From Diadema antillarum (taxonomy: Eukaryota): DNA of 64,000 nucleotides. The position numbers and the translations under genes are program-made. Every line of letters begins with the position of its first letter. Position 1 is the stretch's first letter. Of the stretch, positions 36,601 through 50,639 are shown in pieces. Under the pieces are notes generated by a model. That model did no database searches, had not been told where the DNA came from, and worked only from the letters and a program-made list of their open reading frames with translations. The stretch covers positions 682,001 through 746,000 of the forward strand of contig NW_027271999.1 in assembly GCF_040938485.1 (NCBI RefSeq), written 5' to 3'.

Positions 36601-38396
36601 TTTTTTGGGGGGGGGGACAGGGAGAGAGGGGTTGTTTCGGGGGGGGGGGGGGGGGGACCTTTTTATCGAAGAATTGTCATTTAGCAGGTTTACCTTTCCA
36701 GAATACATATGACATTAGGTATACTTGCAACACACCTCAGACAATCTGCAAAGTGATCTTCTGTTCATAAAGCCTGTCTCAGGATTTTTTTCTTACAATG
36801 CTGCAATGCTATGCTCAACCATGATTCTGACAACACACATGAAAATGTTAAAAAAACACAAAACAAATGGAAATCATTTCTTTTTGTCTTTAATCCTGAT
36901 GATAAAGATATAAATCTTTATGAAAACAGAGAGACCTGACAGAGCTGTAAAACCCCAGTTTTCAAGTAGGGCTATAATGTTCTGTAGCCCTACTTGGCTT
37001 ATCAAGCTAATGTTTGTGATTGTCAGAATTCTCTCCTTTTCTCTTGCACTCTGGCACCATTGTGGATAGTGTTTCTCTGACACTGCCCCATGGGCAACGA
37101 CAAAAAAAATTACGACAAGAAAAAAAAAAGGAATACCATGGCACCATGGTATTCCATACAACAAACAATGGCACAAAAATGTCGAATACTTCTCCCCGAT
37201 AACAGATACCATCCATCACGCATGTTTACTCTGTTTACCGTAATGACATCCGCGAACAGTAGCTCACCCGTGACATGTCTGGGCTGATATTTGTGAAAGA
37301 ATAGCCATAATCCTGTCAATACTATGCTTTTTCTTGCTCTACGATTGGGGGGGGGGGGGGGGGGAGGAGGGGGTGTCTGTCCTGTTACACAGGGGGGTTT
37401 AGCTGACATTGTGCCCCACTTAACTTGAACTTAAACTGAACTCTGCATGGCTATTTCTGTCAGGAAAAAAGAAAGAAAGATATGAGACTCATATTAAAGA
37501 AAGCCCGAAAAGTTAGTTAGGCCATTTCCTAATGACTGCAGCTGCCTCGGTGAGATATATCTTTCACTTACCATGCCCTTAACACAGTGTTCCTAAAGAG
37601 TAAAGGTATTGACACTTTTATTTATAATTGCATGCACCTATAGTTTAAATACAAAACTCTTTTGAGGCATGTATTCATGATAGAACATCTTCGCCTAGTG
37701 ACTGATCTAAAAAAAAAAACAGTACCTGTATACATGTTTGGTAATGTATTTTACTGACATTGGTAGGTTTCCTTTCATAAAAAAATAAATATTGTTTCAT
37801 TAATTTTTGAATATGCATTTCCACTTGGTCAAAATGTCCAATTCGGAATGGTACCTTTTCCCTCTTTTCTGTCGATGGGCAAGCTAAAAATCCACCTCAA
37901 GCCCTGACCTCTGCTCACGCTTGACCACAGCTTCATTCAGCTACTTATTGTAGCCATGTTTACACTACGCCCACAGCATATTCCGTTGTCATGGGAACCG
38001 TTTCCATTCGACTCCATCTCAGACCTCTCTCTCCCTCAATTTGGCAAACTGGGAATCTGAAGGAAAGCCATGCAGGTCTGTAATGACACAGACTTGCAGA
38101 AAGCAGGAGCCCTACAATTGCACCATACAACCACTGTCATTTCCACAGTAGCTAAAAGCGTATGTCAACAACCCTTCATCTTTGAGTATTCCATCTGTTG
38201 CCACTAGTGTTTGTGCATTTATTGTTGCGTATGAAGAGAATGATGCACAGCTCTTCAAAAACTCTGAACCTGCATGGATAGGCAAGACTTGATGTAAAAT
38301 GTACTTCAAATACTCCTCGGAGACAGAGATAAATAAATGCACATCATAAGCCCATGGAGGAAGGTCTTCATTTGCTCTAAATATTGTCCTTGAGAG

Positions 38397-38772
38397 TTAA
38401 AGGCATAATTTACCATTTGCAGATGAAACAAAAACCCAGCATTAGTGCTTTAAAATAGTTCTGAAATGTGAGTTAGGGGTTGAAACAACCACTGTAAAAA
38501 TTTGAATCAGTAAAATCAATGTTAAGTGTCAATGTATTGTTAAATATATACAAAATGTGAATAATGATAAAAATGTTCCCAGACTAAACCATCTACAGTT
38601 ACGGTTTATTGAGAAAAATACAGATGATCTCCTTATATTTTAGGCTTTATCACGAAAATTTATATGATAGGATGTTTTGTGGTACAACAGACCTACACAT
38701 ATGCATTAAATGTCATACCTTAAGTTGAAGAAATTTTAAATCACTGTTCCCAAAGGTAAACAGGACCTTTGA
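38397..38772. mobile_element. About 370-bp TTAA MITE family B (Kolobok-like AG..CT ends)
   Basis: TTAA|AGGCATAATTTACCATTTGCAGATGAAA ... GGTAAACAGGACCT. Homologous copies at 57254, 60430 and 62268. Confidence 0.85.
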
Positions 38773-41700
38773 AATTATAACTTGCAATTTCTGTAATATT
38801 CTTATCAAAGAGAAGGAGAGGTCAACAGTTGTACAAATGTATGTGTACATCAAGACATGTGCTGAATAATGCCACACTATACTATTCAAGTTAAGAAATA
38901 AATTTCATCACACTAAATATCTTTGCTCACATCATGAATATGTTACTTTTATGTGTAGTTTGGACAACTAGATAATTAATCAGGCCTTATTTTTGTAAAG
39001 TAATCTACAAGTTGAAATCCTTCAAGTATTGTAAATGATTAAAAAAAAAATTTCCCAACATGGAACTAAAACTCAAGATTGTTATGGAAAACCAGCCCTT
39101 GCAAAGACTACATGTACATTTTTTATTGTATGGACTTCAATTTGCACTCTGAGGAAAACGAATATGTTGAAGTCCTTGCAAATCAATGAATTACAAATCA
39201 AATATCTAAAATTCATCGCAAACAAAATAATGATCTAACAGCTTTCTTTGACCCCATAATCTCCAATGTGTTGCAAAGCTTTTTATGTTAAATGATATCA
39301 AATTCAAGATTTTGGCTGGTTGAATATGTAAGATTTCAATTGAGAAATTTGTGCATAATATCTCAATGTTCACTCTCAAAATAACCTGTAAGCAAAGACA
39401 GATTTTAATAAGTGAAAAGTCAACATCAAACCGGTGTGAGGAATGTCCTTTTTTTTTTCATTCACAAATTACAAACATACGAGATAGCAAAATATTGAAA
39501 GCAACTCATAAAATACTTCTATGCTACTGCATTGCTAATAAAACTAGATATGGGGTTGTAAAAACAATTGTCCACTCTTTTTCAGCCCATCAAAATTCAA
39601 CCAAAACTCTGTCTGAATGTCACAAGGAGCATGGAGCTAGTGTACAACAATGTAGCTCCATCATGCAGAAAGTATGCTCTGTTTGGGTGAATCTTGTGAT
39701 TCCATTGGTTGTGCAAAACTCAAACATACGTATGCAACAAAATATTTTTCTTTATCTTTTTCCAGTGCATACACAAAGCATCTTGGAGCAAGGAAGGATT
39801 AGAGGCTGATACACATCTTTCAACAATATGTGAACTAGATTATGTTGAAACAACTTTCCTGCCGCAGAAAACAAAGAGAATACAAATGAACAAAAATATA
39901 GTACAAACGAACATACACAGCTACTGTATATTTGAGATATCTTTACCTCTTCTAAAAGGAGAAGCATTCAAAACAAATAGGCAGGTATGCATAATGTTTT
40001 GAATTGGGTGATCCATACTGTAAGAATGTTGTTGACTGTACTTAATCTGTCTTTGTAAACAAGTTATGTTAAACATCTGTGCACAGTGTGTGTGAGAGTG
40101 TGTTCCCTCAACACAGTAACTCATGATGAGTAATGTTTCAAATGTCATTTGATGACAAGAAACACCCAAAAAGCCAATAAGTTTGTTTAATTGCAGTCCT
40201 ATCCCTGCCATTCAATTGTCAATATTATTCTTCCCACTATCACTGAGTATTGAAGACTCACTATATAGGCATCACAGTGTATATCACACGGTAGATGGTC
40301 ACCTTTTTGTGTATAACACTGATCTCTGGCAAATATGCACATATGTACAGTAATATACTATGAACAACTGAGTGCTCAATATATATCTGCACTTGTCTCA
40401 TCTTGATACTTGTGCATTTAGTAGAAATGGACCTTGGCACAAAACTGCACTCAAACTATATCATATTGGAAGATATTCTGCTTATCATGTCATATTCAAT
40501 GCCTCACATATCCATCAACTGTTCACAACATTACGTAGACAGTTCAAACAATAATGACAATGAACAATTTCTATGCCAGCTCTGGTGAGTAAACAGCACT
40601 ATATATGCATTATGTGAATGGGCCCTCTAATCATTATATTTTTGTACTCAATGGCATAGTCCTTCATTTTACTTTCATACTAAAATATAAACAGAATGCC
40701 ACATCTTGTATCTTAAGTGTTGCTCCAACTAATAATGGCAGTAAGATAATCATTCAAGATGATAAAATGTTACTACAAATGAACACAGTGCTTCAAACGT
40801 GCAATGGTCACTCATGTTGTTTATTTGACAGTTGGCGTCGTGTTCATGCGTGTGGTGAGTGATCAGGCATTCAGTGGCTGCTTGCTACGAATGGCAGCTC
40901 ACAGAGTTCATCCATTCAAACAAGCTGCTGAATGCAGGGATCTCACCATTACTGGCTGTGATCTAGAGAAAGCCGAGCCCCTGTCAGCTCAAAAGGAGAA
41001 GCCCATTGTCAGGAAAAATGCATGAACAGGGCTTAGCCAAAAGAGCATTGTGCCCATGGGGGCCAGGGAAGGAAACAGATCCATGCTACAAGTTATTGGG
41101 TCAACTTACCCGATACACCACCGCGCACTTGGGCTTTTATAAACACCGAAGCTCTGATCACAGCTGAGGTAAAGCACCAATCTCACCAGCAGCTTAAATT
41201 CCACTGAATATGCACGAGAGAGTAGCAACGAATGGCTATTTTTGAACGCCACAGAACTGATATACAGTTCACGGTGAGCAGTGAGTCAGGGCTCCTGCAT
41301 ACACCATGCATATGATTAATTGTTGAGTAATGTCCACTTGTGCACTGCGTAGGGCAGCCCGTGGGAGTGCAAAATGCTAACTGTTGGTCCCTCTCGTCTA
41401 GAGTCGCAGACGCCACATTCCACTATTGTTGCATTACAGCATTTTGAAGCCCCCTTGATTGAAAAAGGGCATCATGGCGGACGGAGGGGCAACAGTTAGC
41501 CTGCTAAACAAACTCCACTGAATTGGGAGCAACCATTGCGAGCGTGGGGAGCAGGCTCCGAGCTCGTCGTTATTTGCTTACTCAGGTATGTCAGGTATAT
41601 ATTGGGAGGGCGAGCTGTTGTTTGCGCCGAATGCACACTCCAGTACACATGAAAGGGCGAGCCTTCAATTCAAATGATGCCGCAGTTTCAGGCATCAATG

Positions 41701-43088
41701 TGCATAACAAAAGGACCTTACCAAAGGAAGAAATCGGCTGCCTGTATTTCACTGCATAGACCGCGATCACACAAGCTGGTACCTGGGTCTAGGTAGCTGG
41801 AGCTGTGATAGGATGAATCCCTTATAATCCATCCCTTCCCCTCCCCACCCCCCACCAAAAATGATACTAGAGCCTTCTGTTACTAATAACTGACACATAT
41901 TTTGACAACACGAGGTCATGACATAGTGTAACATCAAATCAGCTACATACTTTTTGCCAGATTACATGATGCTTTACTTGATATCAATCCCCCTACACTT
42001 CACTAACTGTTAGAAATGTCGGTGGTCATGTACGACACAAGAAAATACCAGCAGCAATCAATATAAAATTGATTTTTTACAGTTGACATTTGTTGAGTGA
42101 CAAGTTCCTTTAAGATTAACTTGAGATTGCGGTTAGAGCTACCTTGAATCTCGCATATTTACCCTTAGGGGAATACAGACAATTAGACACACATCTATCA
42201 GCTCTTGTATTGTTTTTGTTGAGAGAAAAAAAAAATAATTCCAACACCATCTAACATGCCTCTGGATGGGTAATTACGCTCTTGATGGCAATTAAGATAC
42301 AAAGGGAATGGGATGGAACATCTCAATACAAGAATTTGTTCAATTACTGCACTTGTCAATCATAAAATGTCAAAGCTACACACGTACTTATTATGTGAGA
42401 TATTACTACGAATTCAAACATTTCTTATTCAATTTCAGAGTGTACCTGTACTTTGATTGCTGAGTATAAACTGAGAATAGGAGGAAAATTTCCAGTGCAT
42501 TTTCTTTGCATTTCTCTTAAAGTGTAAAAGCTTTTAAAAATACCTTTTCTTGTAATATAATTCCCAATATGGTGATATGAAGTAACTGTTAATACATATA
42601 TGAGGATATGATTGCATTCATAATTCATTTCCTTCCAGACTAGCACAACAGTTAACAATTCATTACAACTTTTTTTTCCCTTTCCAATCAATGCATGGAT
42701 GAGGAGTCCAACAAAAACAAGTGCACTTTAACAGTGTTTTTCCTATGTCTACCTCAATTCCAATGTTCAATCTTTATGTTCAATGCAGCATTTGACATTT
42801 ACAGAACAAACAGTCTTGCTCATCATACAGCATAACTGTTGACCTGGAAACTATTCCTGTGACATGTTTTCAATAGTGAATTTGATGCTTTTAATACTTC
42901 TCCCATTGGGGATGGGAAAGGTATGTTGTTATTCACTACCTGAATTTCACCTGTGACTCAACAGCAATTGCAAGGACATCTGTCATCAAGAAAAGATGTG
43001 TAGAAAGAAGGAAATTTAGTGGACAGGTGAGATGTTGTCTGCAATATGAGACTAGTTAGAAAATATATGGTACCATTTTTCTCTTTTC

Positions 43089-43129
<41 letters not shown>

Positions 43130-43389
43130 GTAAAAAAAAAAAAGAGCACAAAAAGGTATCGAATAACTCCTATTGACGTGGTTTTTAATGTCCAAGCCAT
43201 CTGTCTTTATTTTTCTCTACAGGTAAATTTCATGTTTTGCTTGCCCATCACAAAAAAAAAGCAGCTATATTACATTGTATAAAGCTGGTAGACATGATGC
43301 TACAACCTAACTAGTATCTTAGAAATGTAATTTCATACAATGGTTTTAATAAAGAGGACTAAAATCACACAAACAAAAAGGTGAAGTTG

Positions 43390-43686
43390 TATTTAAATGT
43401 AAATATTGCCTTCTGAAAGAGACGAGTTAGGTGCGCTTTCATTATAAAGGCAAGAAAAGTGAAGATACACTGAATTTTCTTTATTTTTCTATAAATTGTT
43501 CTCAACATCAATGACTTCACAAGCTGTATCTTCTCATTCCCAGCACTAGTGGCACTGAAATTTCAAGAATTCATAACTTTTGAACGGATTGACTGATTTC
43601 CCTCAAGCTTTCCCCGATTTGTTCTATTATTGATCACAACTACTTGAAAGTGAACTTGTCCTTTAAGTACATTTGTACATTGCAGC
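43390..43686. mobile_element. Diverged right-end fragment of the 27987-28555 family
   Basis: Ends ...tcataactttgaacggatt...gtgaacttgtcct|ttaa, collinear with 28240-28559. Confidence 0.65.
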
Positions 43687-46130
43687 ACAAGTATACTACG
43701 TAAAATGAACCTATTTCAAATTGCCTCAAACAGGTTTGGGTATTAAAACAGTGTGCATGGTAACCCAAGCAATGGATGTCTAAGCATATCAAGCACATAC
43801 ATTTTACTGATAACAAGAGTTTTTCAAAGGATTGCAGTATCAACAGATAAAATAAATCTTCTATCTACAATGAGACAGATGGGAATAGTAATCTGCATCA
43901 TTTATATCATTATTTCTCCCTTTCTTTCTTTCTTTCTTTTAGGTCAATATAATGAACCTACCCATATGTCACAAGTCTCCAAAGCAGAAAAGATTCAGAG
44001 GCCATTATCAACAGGATGAAGGGCGTTTTTTTGTCATTGCCAATCCCTTCTGGGCTCTATGATTTACAGATCATGTAGAAGGCTGCAACTTTGGATTGAT
44101 AAACGACCTACAGCAGTTCTGACTGCAGGGTTCAAAGTATTAAACTTGCCATCATAGAAGAAATCTCCATCATCTTTGCATCATAATAATGACAGAATAA
44201 GTGCACAAAATGGCAATTTTGTTTTTGTTTTTGTTTTTGAATGAGTATCTAAAAGCAACTGACAATCAAATTTCAGGTTTCAAGTCAAAGTCAATTCTTG
44301 GTGGCAGTCAATAAAAAGATATACCTGTTTTTGCCCTTCTCTTGGTTATGTATCACTCAACAACATTACAGTATCTTCACAAACACTGATAACAAATCCT
44401 TTCCTTCAGGGGCCATGTAACTTTATAAAATATATGAATAAGTTTTTCCATTCTATTCAATTCATTTGATTGATAATCATAAAAAAAAGAATATATCTAC
44501 TGTACAAAATGTGATGGTCGTTCACAAAAGAAAGCATTGTGATCATATTTTGGGTATTAAGGGAGGGGGGGGGGACGGACAGAAAAACATCAAAAATATT
44601 AATTTCAATGGATGCATTGTCTGGAAAATAAATGACAAAGATTTTTGGTATAACAGTGATGTCACATTCAGTTGAGATGTTCAGCCTTTGCTTGCTAAAA
44701 TGTAGAGAAGAAAGCCCTAAAGGAAGGTACATGTAATATGAATTATTAAAAGATTTCTCCTACATTTTTGTACATTTATTGCTGGATGCCCATGGATAAG
44801 TTGGGCTAAGATTGGATATTATTGAAGGCCCACAGCTCTAGAAAAGTTAGAAATTTGTGACACTAAATGGCAAATACAGTTTGTACTAAATAGAGATTAT
44901 TCACTGGAAATCTTGGTAGGGTTAATGATTTTGGAAACTACAAACCAGCAAGGGGAGATTGAATCCCTATACATTACAATTAATGACTTATTTATCAGAA
45001 ATAGTCCTTTGAACTACCATGAATGAATTGCACTTAAATTTTCTTAAAGAGTTTTCCATTGACATACGACCAAAACACTGATTGTAAGCTCATTTTAATT
45101 TGTATAAAATGCACCCCCCCCCCCAAAAAAAAGGAAGAAAACAACTGTAACATCCCCAAGGAGAAACTTAAGTGAACTACCACAACCTAGTTTACTGTAT
45201 ATACGCAAAAAAAAAAAGTTCCTTTTAGAAGTCATAACTTTATACACTGCACTGTTGAGACATCACTGATACATTCTTTAAAAGGAACGTAATCAAAGTT
45301 CACATATCAAATACAGAGATTATTGCCTCCCACAACAAAGTGTTTTTTCTCCCACTCAAGCTAATGCTCACAGCCTACGTGTCATAGCCTGGATCTTAAG
45401 TAGAAAAGCATTATCAACACAGTCATGAATAGCTCAAAGTCCCCATCGCGTGGGCCCTGGCCGTTATTGGACTATGGCCCATAAATACAGATCTGACTGG
45501 ATACAACAATGATCTAACCATTTTCTAATGAACTTGAGTCATAAGGAAGAGGTTTTGACCCCTTAAGAAGGAAAAACACTATAATTTGTCCCGCTGCTTC
45601 ATCAAGATTAATGATTAACCATGAAAAGTCAACATCACATACTTGGCCCTGCACACAACGCTAGCTTGTTTGTTCTGCATCAGGCACTGTACATACTAAT
45701 ACCGACATTCTACTACAGTTTGCAGATTCTCCTGATAAACCAGTTAAATGTATAGTTCAAAGAGACAACAGGGCCACTTCGTCTTTAAAAATAAAAAAGG
45801 AAAGAAAGGAAAGAAAGAAAGAAATCTGGGGGCCGATTAGGTTACATTGTGAGTTCATGACATCTCTGAATTTTAGTATTGCTTGTCAGCCTCTCTAAAG
45901 CACTGTCTGAATGTAGTGAAAATTTAGAAGATCACAATCAAGAAATTCTTTTCAATAAAATCTCAATGAAATCTCAATCAAAATTGTGAAAGAATGATTC
46001 AACTTTTATTTTTAAACAAATTCTTGTATCCTGTATATCTTTTGTACTTGGTGCCTGTGCCTCCCCCCCCCCCCCCAAAAAAAAAAGGTTAATGAAAAAA
46101 TGATGATAACAATGGAAAAGTGGCATCCAG

Positions 46131-46532
46131 GACCTCGTTTACAGTTTTACATTGAGTGAAAAGGCCAGGCTGAGCCCGGCCTTCCTTTCACTGTAAACGC
46201 TCAAAAGCCAAATGCGGTACCAAAAACGGCCGCGCATTTGGCCAAGCTCTGAAGGTAGTCTCTCTCGGCCTGGGCTCAGCCCAGGCTTGGCCTGGCCTTT
46301 TCTCATTGTAAACGCGAACTGGGCCAAATGCGGTACCAAATCGCGACCGGTGCGCTCCCAAATAATCATTTGTTTAGAAGCAGAGCGCCACTACAACAAA
46401 ATACTGAAAGGTTTGAATTAAAAGCGTGGGCCGAGCCTTCCACTGTAAACGCACAGAACTGCGGGGCCGTGTACCGCAATTAAGGCCATGCTCGGCCTAG
46501 ACTCGGCCCAGCCATGCACTATAAACGCGGTC
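46131..46532. mobile_element. GC-rich Harbinger-like MITE, same family as 30060-30637, inverted orientation
   Basis: GACCTCGTTTACAGT ... ACTATAAACGCGGTC termini. Shares the internal gtggcgctctgctt and gcatttggcc blocks. Confidence 0.8.
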
Positions 46533-49500
46533 TAGATGTCTTGCTTCTGCTGTGCAGGCAAGACAAAAACTAGTGCTAATGAAGAGTAAAGTACTGCTAT
46601 ATCATAATATCTGAATGGGGTCAACATGGATGGTACAGATTAGTCTTCACGAGCTAAAATTCAAGTGTTTACAGTGTGGCAATCTGAAGTTCCTAATGTA
46701 TGCACAAATGCTACCCTTGAAATCCCATTCTTCCTGCATTTAATATGAGTAGCTGTTCTTCTGGAACTTTAAACCTCACAGCTATTTATGGTGCGCATAT
46801 AAACTACGTTTAGAGCTGAGAGAGGGATGGTATTTTACACCTCTCACGTCACGTGGCCATGATTTCAATACAATTTTGCATACAAATATTTACACCATGG
46901 GTGATATGATACATATTCAAGGGGGTAAGGGAATGAAAAGAAGGATTAACCATCAAATTGAATGTGGCTTTGCTGTATGATTTGGATCATACATATGTAA
47001 ATGTGAGCATGAACTGTCTGGAAGCAAGACTATACTTTCTAGAAAGAGCAACAATGCAAGTTAAAAGTTTCCTTCACATTCTCTTGCAGAGCAACAGTTT
47101 TGTAGTAGGCGTTCATCCGTGCAGTCAGATTGGAAACAATTCATGTGGTACCACTTGCTGAGTTATTCTTGCTGCAAACACAGCTCCCTGTACAAGAAAT
47201 TAGTTTTCAGTGGATACACTTTACTTTTGCTATATGAAAACACCAGAAAAGAAAAATTCTGCTATGAAAAGCCTGGTAAGGTACGCAATTCTTGAGTAAA
47301 ATAAGAAGGGCTGTTTATTCTTTCCTCCCGGCAGACGCGGGTACCAACAGGTTCAAACACTGGTAAACTGAAGCAGTTGTTTGAGTGCTGGAATATAAAG
47401 ATTTCATAAGTCATTTCACATTGATGTTATGCTTCATTTATCAGAATCATTGCATGCTATGGAATGTCGCAACTACACAGAATGACCAATAAAAGAGAAG
47501 GGGGAAATAGAGAAACCAACGAAAGAGAAGTGAGAAAATATATCTGATTGGTGATTTGGGATACTGTATTTTTTTTTTTCGTTCCACAAAGGAAACGTAG
47601 TTGTGAAAATTTAGTGTGACAATCATTGAGCCATAGCTTGAATAGACTGAGGCAAAGAAAATGCAGTCCAAATTTAAGGAAACATACAAACAAACGAACA
47701 AACAAACAAAAATGCTGGTACCTACAGTATAAATCAGATATTTCCTTGTCATCTAAAAAATGTAAAAATGTAATTTTACGGCAGGTGCGGATCATTTCTC
47801 ATGGAATATAAGCTACAAAAGGAAATCTGAATTCATCGCAGAATTGCCAATTTGCTGAACACTGTTTTCACACCAATTTCACAGAATGCTACCAATTTGT
47901 GCATATAACAATCAATTTCAATACACCAGTCATCACAACACCTATCCATTCTAGAGCCTTGCGACAGTGTACAGACAAAAACACATAGCACTGCAGTGAA
48001 GACAAGTGTTGTAAAAACATACCATCTCTGAGCGTCCCTCATTGTGTTGTGACAATAGCCCTCTGTAAAGATGTATTTACAATTGACAGTGTAGCCACTC
48101 AATGCATTTCTTGCATATCAACTGTATGATGTGAACAAGGTCATATCCCATGTGTGACATCAAAACAAACCTTGCATATTTTTTTTTAATCAAAAATTCA
48201 TCATAACAACGAAACAACTTGGCTCTGAGCTTACAATGTACATTCTTTTCTAGATCTACCTGTGAACTGTACATACTCTATGGGAATTCTTCTAGATTAT
48301 AAAAAGCCATTAAATCCTAGCCCAGATATTATGAAATACATGTATAATTTCATAATATCGTAACAGTGTAACAATTATTTCTCTAATGCTGGCCACACAT
48401 GTAAAGAATATGATCACCCATTATTCACATTCCACTCCCAAGAGCAGCACAACAGTTAAAAAAATGTTAGAATTTAAGAACATTGCAGTGGTATACATTA
48501 ATTAAATACGATCACGTCCCATGTTCTAATAGCAAAATTATATGATATGGGCGTGTGCTGAAATAAGGCTTCTGTGAAACCAAAATTGACAAGCACAAGG
48601 CCTGAAACCAACTACCTGTATATATTTATATGCGATTTACTCCCATGCAGAAGATTGATGGACACTGCTACGACCTCATTTGTTGATCATTGATAATCAA
48701 TTACAGTACATCATGAAGCAACCATGATCGTGTATGTTCTGACTGCAATATTTTTGGCCTACATTTTTGGATAATATCACATTTTCATTGTTACCCAACT
48801 GAAATTCTGTTTATAGCATTATTTCACACATTTCTTATGTATGTACACATATTAAAGAAATGTGAATGTGTACGTACACATGTCTATTTTAGATGAAAAA
48901 TTGACAGTTTCTGCAGGCATATGGAAACTAAGTTCAAATGAAAAATGCTGACACTGAAAGGGCACTTGATATGAAGTACAGAATGCCTGCCATGATAAAA
49001 CCACCATGCGGCTTGCAGCATATTGTATGCAATTCTGATACGTGTGCTGTGTGTATTTTAAAAACATCAGTTATTACAGAAAGCTACTGTACATGCAGAA
49101 GGTGTTTTTTTTTTTCGTTAAATAGTAACTCAAAGCAGTCTCATTATTCAGCACCTGTTTACAGAAACTCTGGACTTATTCAGACAAAGCAAAGGTAATG
49201 ATGCATACCCTGGCACAGAAACTAGCATGAGAATTTGAAGACCATTGTCCTTACAATGTACAATGTTAAAGTTGCATGAGAATCGCCACGATTCTTGAAT
49301 ACAATTATTTGATTATGTGACAATTATTTCTCCACCATGTCTGAAGACAATTAATTCATCATGTCTGGAAACATCTTCAGCAAATGTTCTCTGCAAAGTC
49401 ATTGGGGATTTCATACTTTCCTTGAGAACAGGTTTCAGATTTGATTTCATCCTCAATTCAAATGAAGAAGAAATGGCATGTTATTGTACTGTGACTTTTT

Positions 49501-49704
49501 GTTATGTTTTGTTTCATTTGTGTTTTGTTTTCTTGGTTTTTTTGCTGAAGGTTAAAAGGCAAGAGGTTGGGTGATCTAGTACATACAACGTTTACTCTAA
49601 AAATTTACATTTCTGTCAAAGAGTGACATGTACCGCTGGATAGCAAACACGAAAGAACTGTTGTCTTCGATTTATGTGTAATGAGAAATCATGCCGTCAC
49701 TTAC

Positions 49705-49798
49705 CAGATAAAAAGGGTTGGGTTGAATAGGTCTGATATCAATCACATCCAATGTACGAATCTGGCGCTTGCTGAGAACAGACTCTGGCCAGAAAATC
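49705..49798 (-). other. Probable non-coding leader exon of the ZO-1-like gene (94 nt)
   Basis: Textbook acceptor ttttttttgtctgttgttcacag and donor CTG|gtaagt on the gene's strand. No usable ATG apart from ATGTGA. Confidence 0.55.
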
Positions 49799-50432
49799 CT
49801 GTGAACAACAGACAAAAAAAAAATCACCAAATTTGAGATTCAGCACACTTCCCCATCACAGCAAGACAACTTCACAGCCATAAATGACAATTTGGATCTA
49901 AACTCCTTATGGACGGTGTATCCACTTCCTTGTGGTACGAGAGAAGTTTTAGGGCCTGCCCACTTTGCGGGCCAGCGGTGAGCTAATAATGGAAGAATGC
50001 CAAAACTTACAGACCCCTCGTCCAAAGAATGCTAACTATTCACCTTTAAGTCCCGCTTGGATGTCAATTGGGTGCAATACGCATTCAGAGCCTATTGATC
50101 AGGCCATAACTCAACCGCAGAGTGGTTGGCTAGCTACATGTATAAGCCCCCATGTACAGGATGGATGCATACAACACAGACATGCACACACACAAAAAAA
50201 AAACACACACACACACACACCAGACAATGACTGCTACTACTATTTGTTTTGGTACCTCACTGCTAAAAAAATAATGTTCACATGAAATGTAATTTGTAAT
50301 AACAGAGTTTGTAGGCAAGCAGCATCATGATCATGTACTGGTCTGTACTTATGTAGATAGTATACTCACAAGATCATAAAAAATGCATGGAAAACACGAC
50401 TGGTTCATCATTCACTTTGTTGACTTGTCCAC

Positions 50433-50639
50433 TACTGTAAAACATGATTCGCGGGATGAATTTTTCGCGAATCGGAGCCGACGGCCTTTTTTGCGGCATG
50501 AAATTTTTGCGAACAGCCACTGGCATTCAGTGTATATAGTGTAGACAAGAACTTTCGCGTGCATCTTAATTTCGCGAATCTTGGCGCTCGCAAAATTCTC
50601 GAAATTAAAATGCACACAAACATTCCTCGTTTTACAGTA
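50433..50639. mobile_element. TA-flanked MITE with CTGTA ends and TTCGCG repeats (Tc1/mariner-type target)
   Basis: TA|CTGTAAAAC ... GTTTTACAG|TA with multiple ttcgcg/cgcgaa motifs. Confidence 0.75.

Noticed and set aside
49705-49798. Open frame IFWPESVLSKRQIRTLDVIDIRPIQPNPFYL in the leader exon as a coding exon
   Set aside because: 31 open codons in one of three frames is common by chance. No upstream ATG was found, and joined to 17347 it reaches a stop.
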